Assembly: GCF_964355755.1 (NCBI RefSeq)
Contig: NC_092674.1
Coordinates: 17,856,001-17,920,000 of the forward strand
Direction of reading: 5' to 3'
Length of the DNA: 64,000 bases
Origin: Antedon mediterranea
Lineage: Eukaryota; Animalia; Echinodermata
In this document: in pieces, positions 38,101 to 52,056 of the stretch
Layout of the letters: each line of letters begins with the position of its first letter
Position numbering within the stretch: the stretch's first letter is position 1
Translations under genes and position numbers: made by a program
Notes under the pieces: generated by a model
The model's input: only the letters and a program-made list of their open reading frames with translations
Databases searched by the model: none
Told to the model about the DNA's origin: nothing

Positions 38101-41100
38101 ATTGTAGACTTTCGATACACAAGAGTTTAATGTTATACCTCTATAGTTGTTTAGATTTTTTACATGTATTATTGTACCTTTATTCCATTCATTAGGTATG
38201 CATTGCAATTCTTTCAATCTATTAAACATTTTAAACAAAGTTCTCAGTCATCTGATTACCTCCATTCTTTAACATTTCATTTGTTATTGTGTCGATTCCT
38301 GGACTTTTATTGTTTTTGCAATATGTTATTGCTATGGCTACATTATTTAGACTAAAATTCAATTCTTCAATAGTGTTCTCATTATTTCCATCTTGCCAAT
38401 TAAAAGTATCATTCAGATTATTGGCCATGTTCAGATCATCGCATTTTAGGTTTTGGTTCATTTTCCCTAATGTATTAAAGTGCATTTTAAGAGACGTCTT
38501 AATTGTTTCCCTATCGGTTGTAACAATATTAGTTCCAGGTATTATTATTGATTTTACTGTCTGTTTCTCTTTTTTACCTTTAAGCATATACCAGAAGTCA
38601 CGACATTGAGGGCCTCCCTTTTCCATTAGTTTTGAACAATTTTCTACTTTTGTTTGTATAATTTTTTGTCTTATTAATAATTTAGTTTGTTTACGTTTGA
38701 CCTGATAATCATTCCAAAGATTATTACATGTACTATCATTAAGTGGATTGTATTTATGGTAATTACGGTGTGCTCGACAGGCATCTTTTCTCGTCTTCAG
38801 GGACTGTTCAATTTCTTTGTCAAACCATGGTTTAACATGTTTATATTTTGGTTTATATCCAAAACATTCTTTAGCGGCCGAGATTACTATAGATTTCCAA
38901 TGTTTCCAGACCTTATCTGCATCTAAATTATTTGGGTCCCAATCACTAAATTGTATATCTAAATATTGTTGGAAAGGTCCCCAGTCTTGGTCTGCCTTTA
39001 TATTCCACATTACTTGATCTTCGGTTTCAATATCTGTATATTTTGATTTGTTTAATTGGTTGTTAATCAACATTTCAATCATTACATTATGATCGCTACC
39101 TAAGTGGTAGATCCCTATCTCATCAATAAGGATTTCTTCTATTTATATCATATACATTTTGTGAAACTAGCCCATAATCTAAAACGCTTTGTTGTTGTTT
39201 TTTGATACATGTAAAAGTACCAGTACATTTAATTGTGCTGTTGAGAACAATGAGATCACTATCTTTAGAAAAGTTAATCAACCCTTGTCCATTGATTACG
39301 TCATCCCCACCATTGATTATCTCTCCAATCTTTCCATTGAAATCACCAATAATAATGATGTTAGCATCGTCACAACTTTGTGTGATTTCTAATTAATTCT
39401 CTGCTAAGAGAGAAATATATAGTTCATCTGTTAAATTTCGGTATGTACCTTCACATGGAAAATACACTATTGCAATGTAATATACTGTACTTGGAGAGTT
39501 TGTTAATTTTACTTTAACCCATAATCTTTCTAGGCTATCAAACCTTGTAATTCCACCTTGGCTTTTCTTAAATTCTTCTGATCTTTTTTTACCTATCCAA
39601 TTGTAACCTTTGATACTGATCTTATTATTTTTTTTTAAAGTTTCTACAACCCCAAATATATTTATATTATTTTTGTTTAAGAAACGTTGTACTTCGTATT
39701 TTTTACTTTTTTATCCCCTTATAGACTAGTCCAGATAGTCATATTTCCACTCTAATAAGATGCTGTAGGCATTTCGTGTTAAAAGCGAAAAAATATGTGT
39801 TTTAGGGTAATTTTGGGGTGCTGAATTCAAATCTGCTGTTTACCCGGCTCAATTTTTAGATCTTCATCCTTAAAATGTGAAAAACAAAATGGCCGCCATT
39901 TCAGACTTATTTTGGCTTATAACTTGACTTTTAAGTGACGTAGCAAGTTAAAAATGTCTATACCCATGTTTGTGATACTGAGGATTCCAAATATATTGTT
40001 ATTAAAGTTGTAAATATTCTATTTCAACCGCCATGTTGAAATCCAAGATGGCCGCCATTTTAAACGTATTTTGGCTTATACTGTAACTTGAGTTTTAAGT
40101 GACGTAGCAAGTTAAAGATGGTTTCTATACCTATGTTTGTGATACTGAGGATTCCAAATAAATTGTTATGAAAGTTGTAAATATTCTTTTTCGGCCGCCA
40201 TGTTGAAATCCAAGATGGCTGCCATCATTTTAAACGTATTTTGACTTGTAACTTGACTTTTAAGTGACATAGCAAGTTAAAAATGGTTTCTATACCTATG
40301 TTTGTGATACTGAGGATTCCAAATATATTGTTATTAAAGTTGTAAATATTCTTTTTCGGCCGCCATGTTGAAATCTAAGATGGCCGCCATCATTTTAAAC
40401 GTATTTTGGCTTATAACTTGACTTTTAATTAACATAGCAAGTTAAAAATGGTTTTTATACCATAAAAGTATGGTTGCACCTACTGTAGAACAAATTGCAA
40501 CAGAATTTCTTTTTGTTTTGTCTAGTTGATATGGTCCAAATTAACATCATATCCAATGTTTACCAAAATCGGACATCGGGAAGAAGTGGGTTCATTAGCA
40601 TAAATTAAAAAGGCCGCCATTTACCATTTTGAAGCCTTGTATAACGGTTTAACTTATAGACCACCTACTGTAAGTGCATTACGAGTAGTTATAAATGTAT
40701 AGGATATTTTAATTATCATACGTACCTATGACGTCATAATGTAGTTGTGACGTCATATATTATGTTATAACTGCTTAAATGACATTATCCTATGCTAAAA
40801 AATGTAGAAACATTCTGTTGAAATGAACATCATATCCAAAATTTACCAAAATCGGACTTCAAGAAGGGGGTTAATTAGCATAAATTCAAAATGGCTGCTA
40901 TTTACTGTACCATTTTGAAGCTCCGCATCTCCTTAACAGTACATCCAAAGTACATATAGATACAAATTGTAATCGTTGGCACCGTCAAAATACTTATGGA
41001 AACCTTCAAAGCTAAAATGTCTTTCTTTTGCCAGGAATCAAAGCTATCCAAAAGTTTCACCTTATAGGCACAGCAAATCTACTGGCTTTTCTGATGTCTT

Positions 41101-42566
41101 GTTAATTTTGGACTGAACAGAAGATGTATGTTTTGAATTCATTCATAATTCATCACTTTGTTTCTTTGCAAGTACAGATTCACATTCAAAATGCCATTGA
41201 AGATGTTGCAATTTGCTCCCCAATGTTTTCTTTAACTACAGATTTTTCCACTATATTGCTTCTTTTGTCTTAAAACACAATCATTTTTTAATGATGGCAA
41301 CGTAATAGCAGGCCCCTAATAGATGTAATGCTCCATCTGCATTCAAAGTTTTGATTCCATTTCCTGACATTTTTTTGCCAAGGAAGTTAAATACTGCTTG
41401 TTGTAGAAATTTAAATACTGTAATTAAGTACCAATTATCAATTTATTCACCATTTCAAATTCATAATAAAGATTTATAACAAATGCTGGTGTGGATGACC
41501 ATAAGAGCAAAGCTTGTTTACCGGCCACTGGTAGTGGTGGCAAGTTTGAAAATTACTTTACTACGGTATACTCCTAAATCCTTTTGAATGCCGTTGATAT
41601 GCAGTATCTTTAACTGATGGTTCTTCATCCTTGTAATGTTGGCACAATATTGAATGTCCTTGTTATGCTCATAGAATAGAAACAGCATTATAATATAAGC
41701 CAAAAAAGTTGTTGACTTGGTCAACAAACAGGTAAAATTCAATTCAATAGCAACTTTGATTGCAGATGAAGATGATACCAGGGAGATGTAAACATCTCCC
41801 TGATGCTGATACCAAAAACTGCAATATGAAATTATTTATTTCATGTGTCATTTCAATTTTGGATGTTTCATACGCGTTTGATCCACAAAAATGACTGGGG
41901 TAATAATGTTTAGCGCTTAGAGGTCTCACAACATTAGGCACTATATAAATCCACGATATTATTGTATGAAAACTATTAATTTGATATATAATTATTATAC
42001 TACAAATTAAACTTATGTGTGTAGGCCTACATATTACCACTAATTACAAAGCATATAGCTTAATGTTTATTGAGTAATAATTGTTTGATGGGCTAGGCCG
42101 GCTATGTGCATGCTACATAACTAAGGGCGTGGTCTAGGTATTCACAGGTCCCCAGGGCACAGAGAACTATATTTCACAACAGGCCTAGGATATGCCCAAA
42201 ATGAGTTTTAGTCACTGAGCTCGCCATGATTTATGCAATTAATTCTGTTCAAAGGATAGGTGTAATTGATTAAAACTTAAACGACGCGACCAGTTGATAC
42301 AGTTGGCCGGCTGCCGAGACTAAACACGCAGGTTGCGTAGTTGATATGTGACGTAACAACTCGCGGAACATGGCTGCTGAGACGTCAATGTACTATTATT
42401 TTTTGCCCTTGTTTAGTGTTTATTCTTAAAATTCATGAAAGTGATATAGCCTATCGTGTGCGGCAATAGTAGCAGCAATATATATCTACCAGTATACAGT
42501 AGGCACAGCTATGTACAGATACCCCGCCGAGAGTCTGTCCAATCGAATTGGAACAATACAATGAAA

Positions 42567-42725
42567 GCCCCAGTGGTCTAATGGTTAGAACATCTGCATA
42601 TCAAGCAGAAGGTTCCGGGTTCGAATCTCAGTTAGGACTTTCTCATTCTCACAGGTTTCGTCATTTTTATTGTTTCTAATTAATTAAATTTCATTATATC
42701 ACCAGGCGGATTAGAATTTATTCTG
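42567..42725 (+). mobile_element. tRNA-derived SINE
   Basis: A box TGGTCTAATGG, B box GGTTCGAAT, anticodon arm TCTGC/GCAGA, mismatched acceptor and T stems. Body recurs at 52657-52745. Confidence 0.75.
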
Positions 42726-42884
42726 TGCTTGTGATGTTTATATACTGTATATATATATATATATATACAGTATATAAATCCAAAGGTAAATTACTGAAAA
42801 AATGTCAATGCTGTGGGTATCATGTGGCTGGATCTCAATGGAGATACAAAAAAAAAACGAAAAACTAAAGCAAAACGATAAAGT

Positions 42885-43215
42885 AAAACAGCCAGAAAAG
42901 TTAGATTCAACCGCTTTCTAGAAGTACCTCATTGTAAAACCAGCAGACTTAGGTCGTCTCCAGTTCCCACCATGGTGGATATAATTAATAGGCACCACTA
43001 GCTCTTTTTAGATATGTAATAAGTGAATGTTTTAAGGTTTTTTATTCATGTATGTTTTTAATTTTATGGTACGATATCTAATTTTAATAAGATGTTTCTA
43101 TTTTTATAGCAATTTTAACTAATTTTTAGTCATTTGTAATGCAATTCATTTCAGTCCTTGACTGTCGTTTTGTAATATATTTTTATATACCGAAAAAATA
43201 AAATAAATAAAAAAA
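42885..43215 (+). mobile_element. Short LINE 3' end
   Basis: RKVRFNRFLEVPHCKTSRLRSSPVPTMVDIINR resembles an ORF2 C-terminus; AT-rich UTR and A-rich tail. Confidence 0.5.
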
Positions 43216-45468
43216 ATATGTGTGTGTGTGTGTTTAAAATAGGCGTCATATTGGATTTCAACATGGCGGCTGTTTACAACTTTATAACAATATATTTGGA
43301 ATCCTCAGTCTCACAAACATAGGTATAGACATCGTTTTTAACTTTCTATGTTACTTATAAGTCAAGTTATAAGCCAAAATACGTTTTAAATGGCGGCCAT
43401 CTTGGATTTCAACATGGCGGCTGAAATAGAATATTTACAACTTTTTAGTAACAATATATTTAGAATCCTCAGTATCACAAACATAGGTAAAGACATCATT
43501 TTTAACCTACTATTACTTAAAAGTTAAAAATAAGGCAAAATATGTTTAAAATGGTGGCCATCTTGGATTTCAAACATGGCGGCTGAAATAGAATATTTAC
43601 AACTTTAATAACAGTATATTTGGAATCTTAACTATCACAAACATAGGTATAGACACCATTTTTAACTTGCTACGTCACTTAAAAGTCAATTTTTAATTCA
43701 AAATAGGTTTTAATTGGCGGCCATCTTGGATTTCAACATGGTGGCTGAAATAGAATATTTACAACTTTAATAACAATATATTTGGAATCTTCACCATCAC
43801 AAACATAGGTATAGACACCATTTTTAACTTGCTACGTCACTTAGAAGTCAAGTTATAAGCCAAAATAAGTCTGAAATGGCGGCCATTTTGTTTTTCACAT
43901 TTTAAGGGTGAAGATCTAAAAATTGAGCCGGGTAAACAGCAGATTTGAATTCAGCACCCCGAAATTACCCTAAAACACATGTTTTTTTGTTTTTAACACG
44001 AAATGCCTACAGCATTTCATTTTTCTCAAATCTGGACTAGTCTATTATATTGTTATAAGCAATTTTGAAATTCTCATTTAAATTACGTTTCTTTTTCTTG
44101 CAACGTCTTATAACTTTACGGTTTGTTTGTTTGCTTTTACCATTAGGAGTACATTGGTTATTAATATTAATATTCACATTAATAGGTTCATCAATATTTT
44201 GTTCTTCAATTATATTAGTTAAAATACTATATTTGTTACAACTAGAAAAATACGAGTTCACATTACCCCTAGTCTCTTCCCTTGGATATACAGGTACGGC
44301 TTTAGCTTCTTCGCAGACCACCTAGTTGTTTCGGCAACTAAAGTGACCTCGTTTGTGTCCCAATTGTGAGCAACTGCGGCAACGGATTGGACCACCATGT
44401 TTACAGTCCTTTCTTTGATGATTCTCTTCTCCACAGAAGTAGCATCCGCGATCACGCTGGGAATGATTTCGTTGATTCTGTAATTTCTTGTTCGGTTTGA
44501 GATTCAGGTCGGTTACCATGTGTTTCATCTGCTAGTCTGGATTTGATAATCTGGTGTACTTCATTGATGTTGTTTAATAATTTTCTTGTTCCATATTTGC
44601 TCAAGTGCAAGCCACTTCTGTTTAAGGAACCGCGATCGCATTCATTATTGTGAAGTTTAAACGTTGAGTCGTTATCAACTACTGTGATATTGTTTTTTTC
44701 TGCAAGTTGTTTGATCTTGTTGTTCATGTTATCCACTCTAGTCTGCGTTGTCAGATCTTGGGCATATAGATGAAACAATTAATTGTGTGTCTGGTGCCTT
44801 TGATTTAATTCCTTCGATCAGGTTTTCAAAATCATTACAGGTTTTCAAAATCTTTACATGTAATTTCCAACAAATCAATTGCTAAATCATTCCATCTGGC
44901 AACTCTGTAGGTTTTAAAGGTTCTAGTCTTGGACGACCAGATACTAATTGACACGGTCTACAAGTTTTAATAAAATTTTCAATTTCTTTCGTCATGTTAC
45001 GCCACCATATTTTGCTTCTTAAACGCGACTTTGTATGGACCATACCTTGGTGTCCTTCGTGAGCCAGTTCAAGTACACGACTAACTAAGGTTCTCGGAAT
45101 TACAATTCTACTTCCATAATCCATTAATCGTTTTTAGCACTTTTGAACCATGGATCATTACAATTTGACCAGTCTCCAGAAATAATGAGCTTCTCAATAT
45201 TATTCAAAATTCATTCAACTTTCATCCGCATAATTTTCAGAGCCTTTTATATATTCAATTGAAAAGGAAAATTGTTGTAAAAACAACAGCCATCGCTCAA
45301 TTCGAGCTGAAGGTGGTCTAGAATTTGGCTTTAACACGGATAATAACGGTTTATGGTCGGTTCATTCTACAAATTTAATTCCAATTAAAGCTGCAATTTC
45401 TCACAAGCCCACTTTATACCCAAGGTTTCTCTTTCAAACTGGAAATATCTACTTTCAGTGTCATTTAA

Positions 45469-46094
45469 AGCCCCATTCCCTACGTTTTTTAGATCTAATT
45501 TAAGATCACAAACTATATTTAATGTAAAAATAATACTATATGGTCCTATTGCGATAACTTTTTTCGTCTTTAAACGGTTAAAAATGTGAAAAATAAGCCG
45601 ATTCTAATAATTATAGCAGCCCGCTATAAATCCCAAAATGCATTGCGCGCGGATTGATATTTTTGTTTTTCACCTGTAATTCGCCCACTTTTCGATCGAT
45701 CGTGAGGCCAAAACAAATGGAAGACTCCTAACTTTTCAACGAAAATACCGGGTTTTCCCCAATTTGTATCAACGGAGTCTGGCAAAAATAGAAAGACAAT
45801 TAATGCAGCAACTATACAACGTCAGGCTAGGTATATAGCTCGCGTACGATGTTCGTACGTTACCGATGTTTACCAGCTAGGCCTACAAAACTAAGCCTAG
45901 CTAGGCTAGGCCTAAGACCGTCCACGAGAGGTCGATCGCCGCGAGCTACTTAGGTAGTGCATTGTTTCTCACTTTTTATCATAATTTACCATAAAACGTA
46001 CATTTAAGACAAGGAATGACATGGTTTAATGTTTTTAAAGTGATATATATGTATTATTTTCCAAAAAACGTCCAAAATTGCAGGGAAGGGGTCT
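45469..46094. mobile_element. Kolobok-like MITE
   Basis: TTAA|AGCCCCATTCCCT ... AGGGAAGGGGTCT|TTAA. Removal restores the RNase H frame. Inverted sister copy at 62303-62729. Confidence 0.85.
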
Positions 46095-46369
46095 TTAATT
46101 TTCTACTTATGAAATAAACTGGTTTCCAATCTACCATGGCGTTGCTCTAAAACGGCACCCAACCCAAAAGGAGATGCGTCAGTCATAATTCTTGTAGGAG
46201 CATCCCTTTTAAAATAAGCTACTACTTGAGCAGATACGATTTTAGATTGTAATTTGGAAAATGCCAGATCATGGTTTTTATTCCACACCCATTCCACTGT
46301 TTTACCAGTTAATTCCCATAATGGTGCTGCAGTACTAGAAAAACCAATTATGAATTTAGAACAAAAGGT

Positions 46370-49300
46370 CAACCCTGTCTTACACCACATCTCATATTGA
46401 ATCTTTCAGATATCCAACCATTGTGGGTTACAAGGCATTGTGTATCTGTATATATAGTTTTTATCCAGTTAATAAATGACTGTCCAAAACCATATTTTTT
46501 CAGACATATAAACATTAAATTTCTATCTATAGAATCAAACGCCTTGGCAAAGTCTAGAAAAACTATTGCACCTGGCTGATTGTTATTTTCTGTATATGAC
46601 AATACATCTTCTACTAACCTAATATTCTCTCCTCCAAATCTCCCTTTGACATAACCTTTCTGATCATATCCAATTATAGATCCAATTACAATTTGCATTC
46701 TATTGGAGAGAACATGAGCCATTACTTTATAATCTACATTCAGTAGTGTTATAGGCCTCCAGTTTTCTAGTTTTTCTCTTTGTCCGCCTTTAAACAATAG
46801 ATTTATAATACCTAGTCTTTGTGAGCCGCCTAATCTTTTGCTAATATAGCAGTGATTCAAAGCGTCACATAACATATCTTTAATATCAACCCAAAAATGT
46901 CTATAAAATTCAACACTCAAACCATCCGAACCTGGACTTTTGTTGAGTTTCATTTTTTCTATAGCATTTGTAAGTTCTTCTACTGATATTAATCCTTCAC
47001 ATTTCACAGAGTTGTCATAAGAAAGTGTATTTATTTTAGTGTTTCTTACATACTTATTTATCCTACCCTGTGGAATTGTTTTACATGCATACAACTTTTC
47101 ATTTGATTTTTTAATAGTTTTGTAATATGTTTCCTTTTTGCATTATTTTTTTCTAATCCTAGGAAAAATTTATTATTTTTTTCTCCTTTCTCAAACCATT
47201 CAATCCTAGATCGAATTTTGGCGCCTTGCGCTTCTATTAGATATATATTTTCCAAGTCGTTTGATTTGCTTTTTAATGTGCTTTCTATCTTTATGCTATA
47301 TGTATTGTCTAATTTAAATGTAAGTTTTTTGATTTCTTTAATTAATTTCTCTTTTTTTTTATTAGGTGATCATTTAGAATAAAATGATCACCTATTGTTA
47401 TTGTATGAAATCTTTATTATTATTTTTTTTTTTTTTTATTCTTTCTGTACACTTTTTGTCTAACAATTATCTCAAAAAGTTGAATGGCAATGATCACAAA
47501 AAATTCACAGTGTCTTTCAAATACTTTAACTTAGCCATAATAAGCTTTTCAGCGTGATCACTCAATTTTGTGAAATCACACTATCAATCATATCTCCATA
47601 ACTCTTTATCACATATCAATAAAATTCACTATACGTAAACTTCAGGTGAAGGGTAAAAATATTAACAAATAAAAACTTACGTGTTTCAAGGTCATGCACG
47701 TGAAATCGCGCGTTAAAAAGCTCAAAATTAAGTTTTGATCAATTTAGAGCATAAAATAGGCCATTTGCGTGTTTTAAAAAATTACTGCGCAAAAACACGT
47801 TTTTGCACGTGTGTACTTAGAAAGCGTAAAAAATACATTGCATTCTACTCATCTTCCTTGGTAGATTCACCAAATGTGAGTCCATTTCGATTTAAAATAG
47901 TGCTATACGAGCACGTTAAAAATGACAAAATGCGCACATTAATTGTACAAAAGTGCTAAAAATGGTAAAAATTAAGGCCTTTTTAAAAAGAATATAACTC
48001 TTCAGAATGGCAGGTGACCCCCAATTTTTTTAACTTATTATGGAAGCCAATAAGTTGTAGATATAAATATATATACATATTAGACGTACAAAATGGTATG
48101 ACCTCATCAAATGGCCACTTGAATTTAAAAATTAGTAATTTTTATGTTTTTGTGTGGGTTATCACATTCAACAGAGCCCATCTCCGTTATTTGAGCCCGA
48201 TTTGCGCACAATTTTTAGGATGTGCTTGCTCAATTAATTATCTTTCGTTTTGATGACGGCATCATGCGTAAACACTTGAATAACCTAGGTCGTGTACATT
48301 CAGCTACACCATACATTTGAATATCTTACAGCTCTTCAGAATTAAAGGTGACCTTGAAGATTATAATTTATTATAAAAGCTGATGAAACGTAGATATGAA
48401 TTCATATAAAAATTAGGCCTATCGGATGTTGTGACATTATGAAGTGGTCACTTTAAGTTAAAAGGTAGTTTTTTTCTCTCTTTCGTCAAATTTATACAAA
48501 TTTCAAAGAGCGCGCATTGCGCTTCTACGTGTCAAATTCTCTTCCAATCCTTATATTTATTTGCTCAATTCATTATCTTTCGAAATTGCCATCTTCGAGT
48601 TTATTATGATAATTCCATCATACCAAAAAATTAGAACATGATGTGGGTCCCGTAATTTCATCTATGCTACACTGTATATAGATATACAGTAAATACTGTA
48701 CATATTGTATATGGCATATAATAGGCACAACTCAGCACTATAAGCGTATGCATCATGTCATACGATGGCGTACATCAACTTTTTACGATCGTATGTTAAC
48801 GTACGTGCATGTTTAAAAAAATTTAATTTCATTAAAATGATAAAAATGATCACCTATAATTCGTCAAAGTGACGAATTAAATTCTAGTTTCCTTCTTTTT
48901 TCTTTATAACAGAATATTTAATAGTATATTCTTTTATTTTTACTTTCAAAAATTCCCATACTTGGATAGGGTTGAAGTTATATTCATTTTTTTTTTCTTT
49001 TTCAATCATATTTTTAATGGTCGAGGAATATACTTCATCAGAAAATATACTATTATTTATTTTCCATATCCAGGCCCTTTTTTGTGTTGATTATCAAACA
49101 GCTTAAGTGATATCGCTTGATGGTCTGAAAGAATTGATGGCCGAATGTCTGTTGACATTATATCACCATTTCTGTATAGTGCACTTGAAATACTCCAAAA
49201 GTCTAACCTTTTGTAAGTATCTTTGCGTTGCCAGGTGAATTGCGTTTTATTGTGATTGAGTTGTCTCCAGATGTCTATTAATTTATGTTTAGCCATGCAT

Positions 49301-50400
49301 TTTTTAAAGATCTGTGGGGAATTATCCTATCTAATTGGTATACTATTCTTCTGGTCAACGTTTCTTATCTAATATACAGTTCATGTCTCCTCCAATAATA
49401 ATATATTCCTCATTTTTATTACACAATGTATTAATCTTTTTTTCTAGTTTTTTAAAAAACAATGCCCTTTCTTTATAATTATTAGGGGCATATGTATTTA
49501 TTAAGTTGTATGTATTATTGTTATTATTATTGTGTTTTACACTAAGGATAATAATTCTACCCCCTTCGTCAATATATTTGCATTCTGTATCTTTTATATC
49601 GAAACCAGGCTTAAATAATATAGTTACACCTCTGCTAGTCGTTGTTCCTTCCTTCCTCGTTCCATACCTCTAACATTTAATGACATTAAATGCAGAGAAT
49701 TATTTTTTTTATTTTTTATCATTTTTGATATATTCTTTTTTAATTATTTTTTTTTTCTTATTTATGAGTTTGACTGGTTCTTGACTAATATATTAATACA
49801 GATATAAGTCAAAATACAGAAATTAGCATGAATATGATTCAACTTACAGAGTCTGATTGTTTGCCTTTCTTTTCAATGTTTTTTTCCCCACTTTCTGTTA
49901 GCTTCTTTCTTTTTCCGGCAACATAGTTTTGCCTAACTGTAGCGGCTTCACTGACTCGTTTCATTTTCATTTTCTTTTACATCATTTGCATGACTGTCAA
50001 GTTCGATTTTTTCACTACATTCGGCTGAATGGATTTCTTCTTCGTCACTGACACTAGCAATTTGAGAGAATTGTGGTAAATGCTGTTTTGTTTCTGATGT
50101 TTGATGCTGTTTTTCTGCTGCATCGCTTGTGTTGTTTTTACAGTTCTAAGCCAGTTTTATTACAGATGTAGCATGATATTTTCTCTAGTAATTTTGGACA
50201 CTCTTGAGCTTTATGACCCATAAGGTCACATTCAAAGCATCTAATTTCTACTTTCTGATCTTTATGAAAAAGCCTTGCGTTAAAGTTGTTGATTTTAGTA
50301 AATCTTGGTAAGCTTCCTTTAGAAGTATCTCCAAATAATCTACTTTAATAAACTTAACACTATAAAATACTTTAAAAATATGTAGATAATATGACTCTAA
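46370..50400 (-). mobile_element. Tx1/L1-group LINE, 3'-deleted, degenerate
   Basis: ORF1 knuckle CFECDLMGHKAQEC. APE NTYAPN, GGDMN, RLDFW, SDH. GAKIRSR..WFEKGEK. KSPGSDG, NWRPITLLNVDYK, LDFAKAFD. Ends at GVRQG. Confidence 0.88.
47361..48887 (+). mobile_element. Helentron-type non-autonomous element (HINE) in the Tx1 LINE
   Basis: 5' TAGGTGATCATTT..AAATGATCACCTA hairpin. 3' sub-TIR AAATGATCACCTA, hairpin TAATTCGTC-aaagt-GACGAATTA, CTAG. Inserted in a T run. Confidence 0.8.
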
Positions 50401-50409
50401 TTGACAATC

Positions 50410-51290
50410 ATAGAATTGGTACACCAGGTAACATGCAAACAAATTTAAATGCCCTTGGGAGATACGATAATAATATGAAAGTGAATGGGAGCAAATGTGC
50501 TGCTATGCTTATTAATTTTTCCAAATCCCCTCCTATTACAACTGTTCCGCAAATAGATAATAAGCAACTACAGATTGTACCTTGTATGAAAATCCTAGGT
50601 GTATTGAACAATAAAGTATATATGCTTAAACTACTTAAGAAATTCCAACTTAATAAAGATGATAATTACCGTGTTTATGGGTTATATTAGACCTCTTTTG
50701 GAGTATGCTGTTCCTGTTTGGAATGCTGGCATAACGAACAAACAGATTGATCAATTGGAAGCAATACAAAGGAGGGTACTTAGAATAATTCTTGGTATAA
50801 ATTATATAAGCTATGAAAATGCTCTCAGTGTATGTAATTTAGAAACCCTCGCTACTAGAAGAAAAAACCTACGGTTTGCTGAAGACCTCGAAAAGTCAGC
50901 ATATTTTCAATCATAGCTACAGCCTAGAAATAAACCGTACAACTTAAGAAAGACCAACCCATATCAACAAATAAAATGTAAAATAGCCCTTTGCAATACC
51001 TAATTAACCTGTTGAATAATAAAGAATAATTACATTTAGCCAACGTTGCCGTCATCAACCAATGTGAAATAATAAACAAATAATACAAGTAATAATAAGT
51101 TTTAATACAGATATTTTATTAGGCCATGATTCGTAACAATTTCTTTGATTTGTCAATGTTTTTATCATTTTTATATTATGTACTTTATCTAATTCCATTT
51201 TAATATAAGATGTTCTTTTCATTATGTGATAACTTTTTTATATGTGCAATATTTTGTAAAATTTTCGTTTTATTGAATAGAATAAAATAA
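50410..51290 (+). mobile_element. LINE 3' fragment (RT C-terminus)
   Basis: YIRPLLEYAVPVW..LEAIQRRVLRII..LETLATRR. Confidence 0.8.
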
Positions 51291-51334
51291 AATTATATAT
51301 TCTGACCAAATCAAGTCAAATGTTATTTTTCTGT

Positions 51335-51645
51335 GACCAGTATATATTGAGATTCAAGAAAACAGAGGTCAAAGGTCAATTAAGCCATTTCTAGCCACAT
51401 TGATAACATGTTTCATTAGAATAAATATAAACAAATATGTTTGGATCAATTTAAGACCAAATACATGTCTTTATGACCAGTAGTTATCGAGAAAGTCAGG
51501 TTCAAAGGTCAATGAAGCAATTTCTGGCCACATTGATAAAATGTTTCATTAGAATGAATATAAACATATGTTCTGAACAATTTAGGACCAAATACATCTT
51601 ACTATGACCAGAAGTTATCGAGATAGAAGGTCAAAGGTCAAAACA
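51335..51645. repeat. Diverged tandem repeat, about 3 units of 130-140 bp
   Basis: tgaccag...tcaaaggtcaa...gccacattgataa...tttcattaga recurring. Confidence 0.7.
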
Positions 51646-52056
51646 ATATTTGCATTCACTTTTGGACAAAAAAGTTCATTAGATCAAATATAACTATATA
51701 GGTCCTGAACAATTTGCATTAAACCTTTTCTCTCTGAGATTATTAGCAATATATAAGAAGACAAGGTCAAAATGCCAGAAATGGTAGTTGCAGCCATTTT
51801 TGGAGTGAATATAAATATATATGTTGTGGAATTATTTGACACTAAAATGAAACCTGTAACACCAGCCATTACGTAGATGAAGCTATTTGAATATTTTGGC
51901 TGCCATCTTGAAAAGGCCCATAACGGGGTTACAGATTGGGCAACAATGTTTTTCTAGTTTATTTTGACCCACTAAAGATATTACAAGTTGCCAACTTTCA
52001 TCACAAATTGCTCTTTGAACCTGACTATTTTAGTTCTGAAAAGAACTGTTGAGTTT

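Larger units (their letters stand above)
39722..44044. mobile_element. Academ-like non-autonomous element with about 0.7-0.8 kb TIRs made of ~163-bp tandem units
   Basis: TTA|TAGACTAGTCCAGAT ... ATCTGGACTAGTCTA|TTA. Removal restores LINE APE start KIAYNNIRG*KSKKYEV. Inverted arrays at 39889-40460 and 43240-43890. Confidence 0.85.
36092..44858 (-). mobile_element. RTEX-like LINE (ORF1 esterase + CCHC; ORF2 APE-RT-zinc finger), degenerate
   Basis: 4-bp TSD TGTA (36088-36091, 44859-44862). QGGFRKNRRCEDHVFTL, FIDFKKAFD, WADD, C..C...ETVNHFLFKCP. ORF1 SGLHLS and two knuckles. (TAAA)n tail. Confidence 0.85.
34819..46374 (-). mobile_element. Gypsy (Mag-like) 3' half: RT end, RNase H, integrase, 3' LTR; split by insertions, 5' half missing
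   Basis: TDASPFGLGAVL, SRKLNDTESRYFQFERE (across the MITE), AHEGHQG..C..C, AIDLLEIT|PTEKLLVVIDYYSRW (across the LINE), RTDN, SNGGVER. Confidence 0.88.

Noticed and set aside
42567-42638. Functional tRNA gene (ATC anticodon)
   Set aside because: Mismatched acceptor, D and T stems, and the downstream body recurs at 52657, so it is a SINE head.
46103-46390. 95-aa ORF as a novel chimeric protein
   Set aside because: Starts in Tx1 sequence and runs into frameshifted Gypsy pol across a deletion junction.
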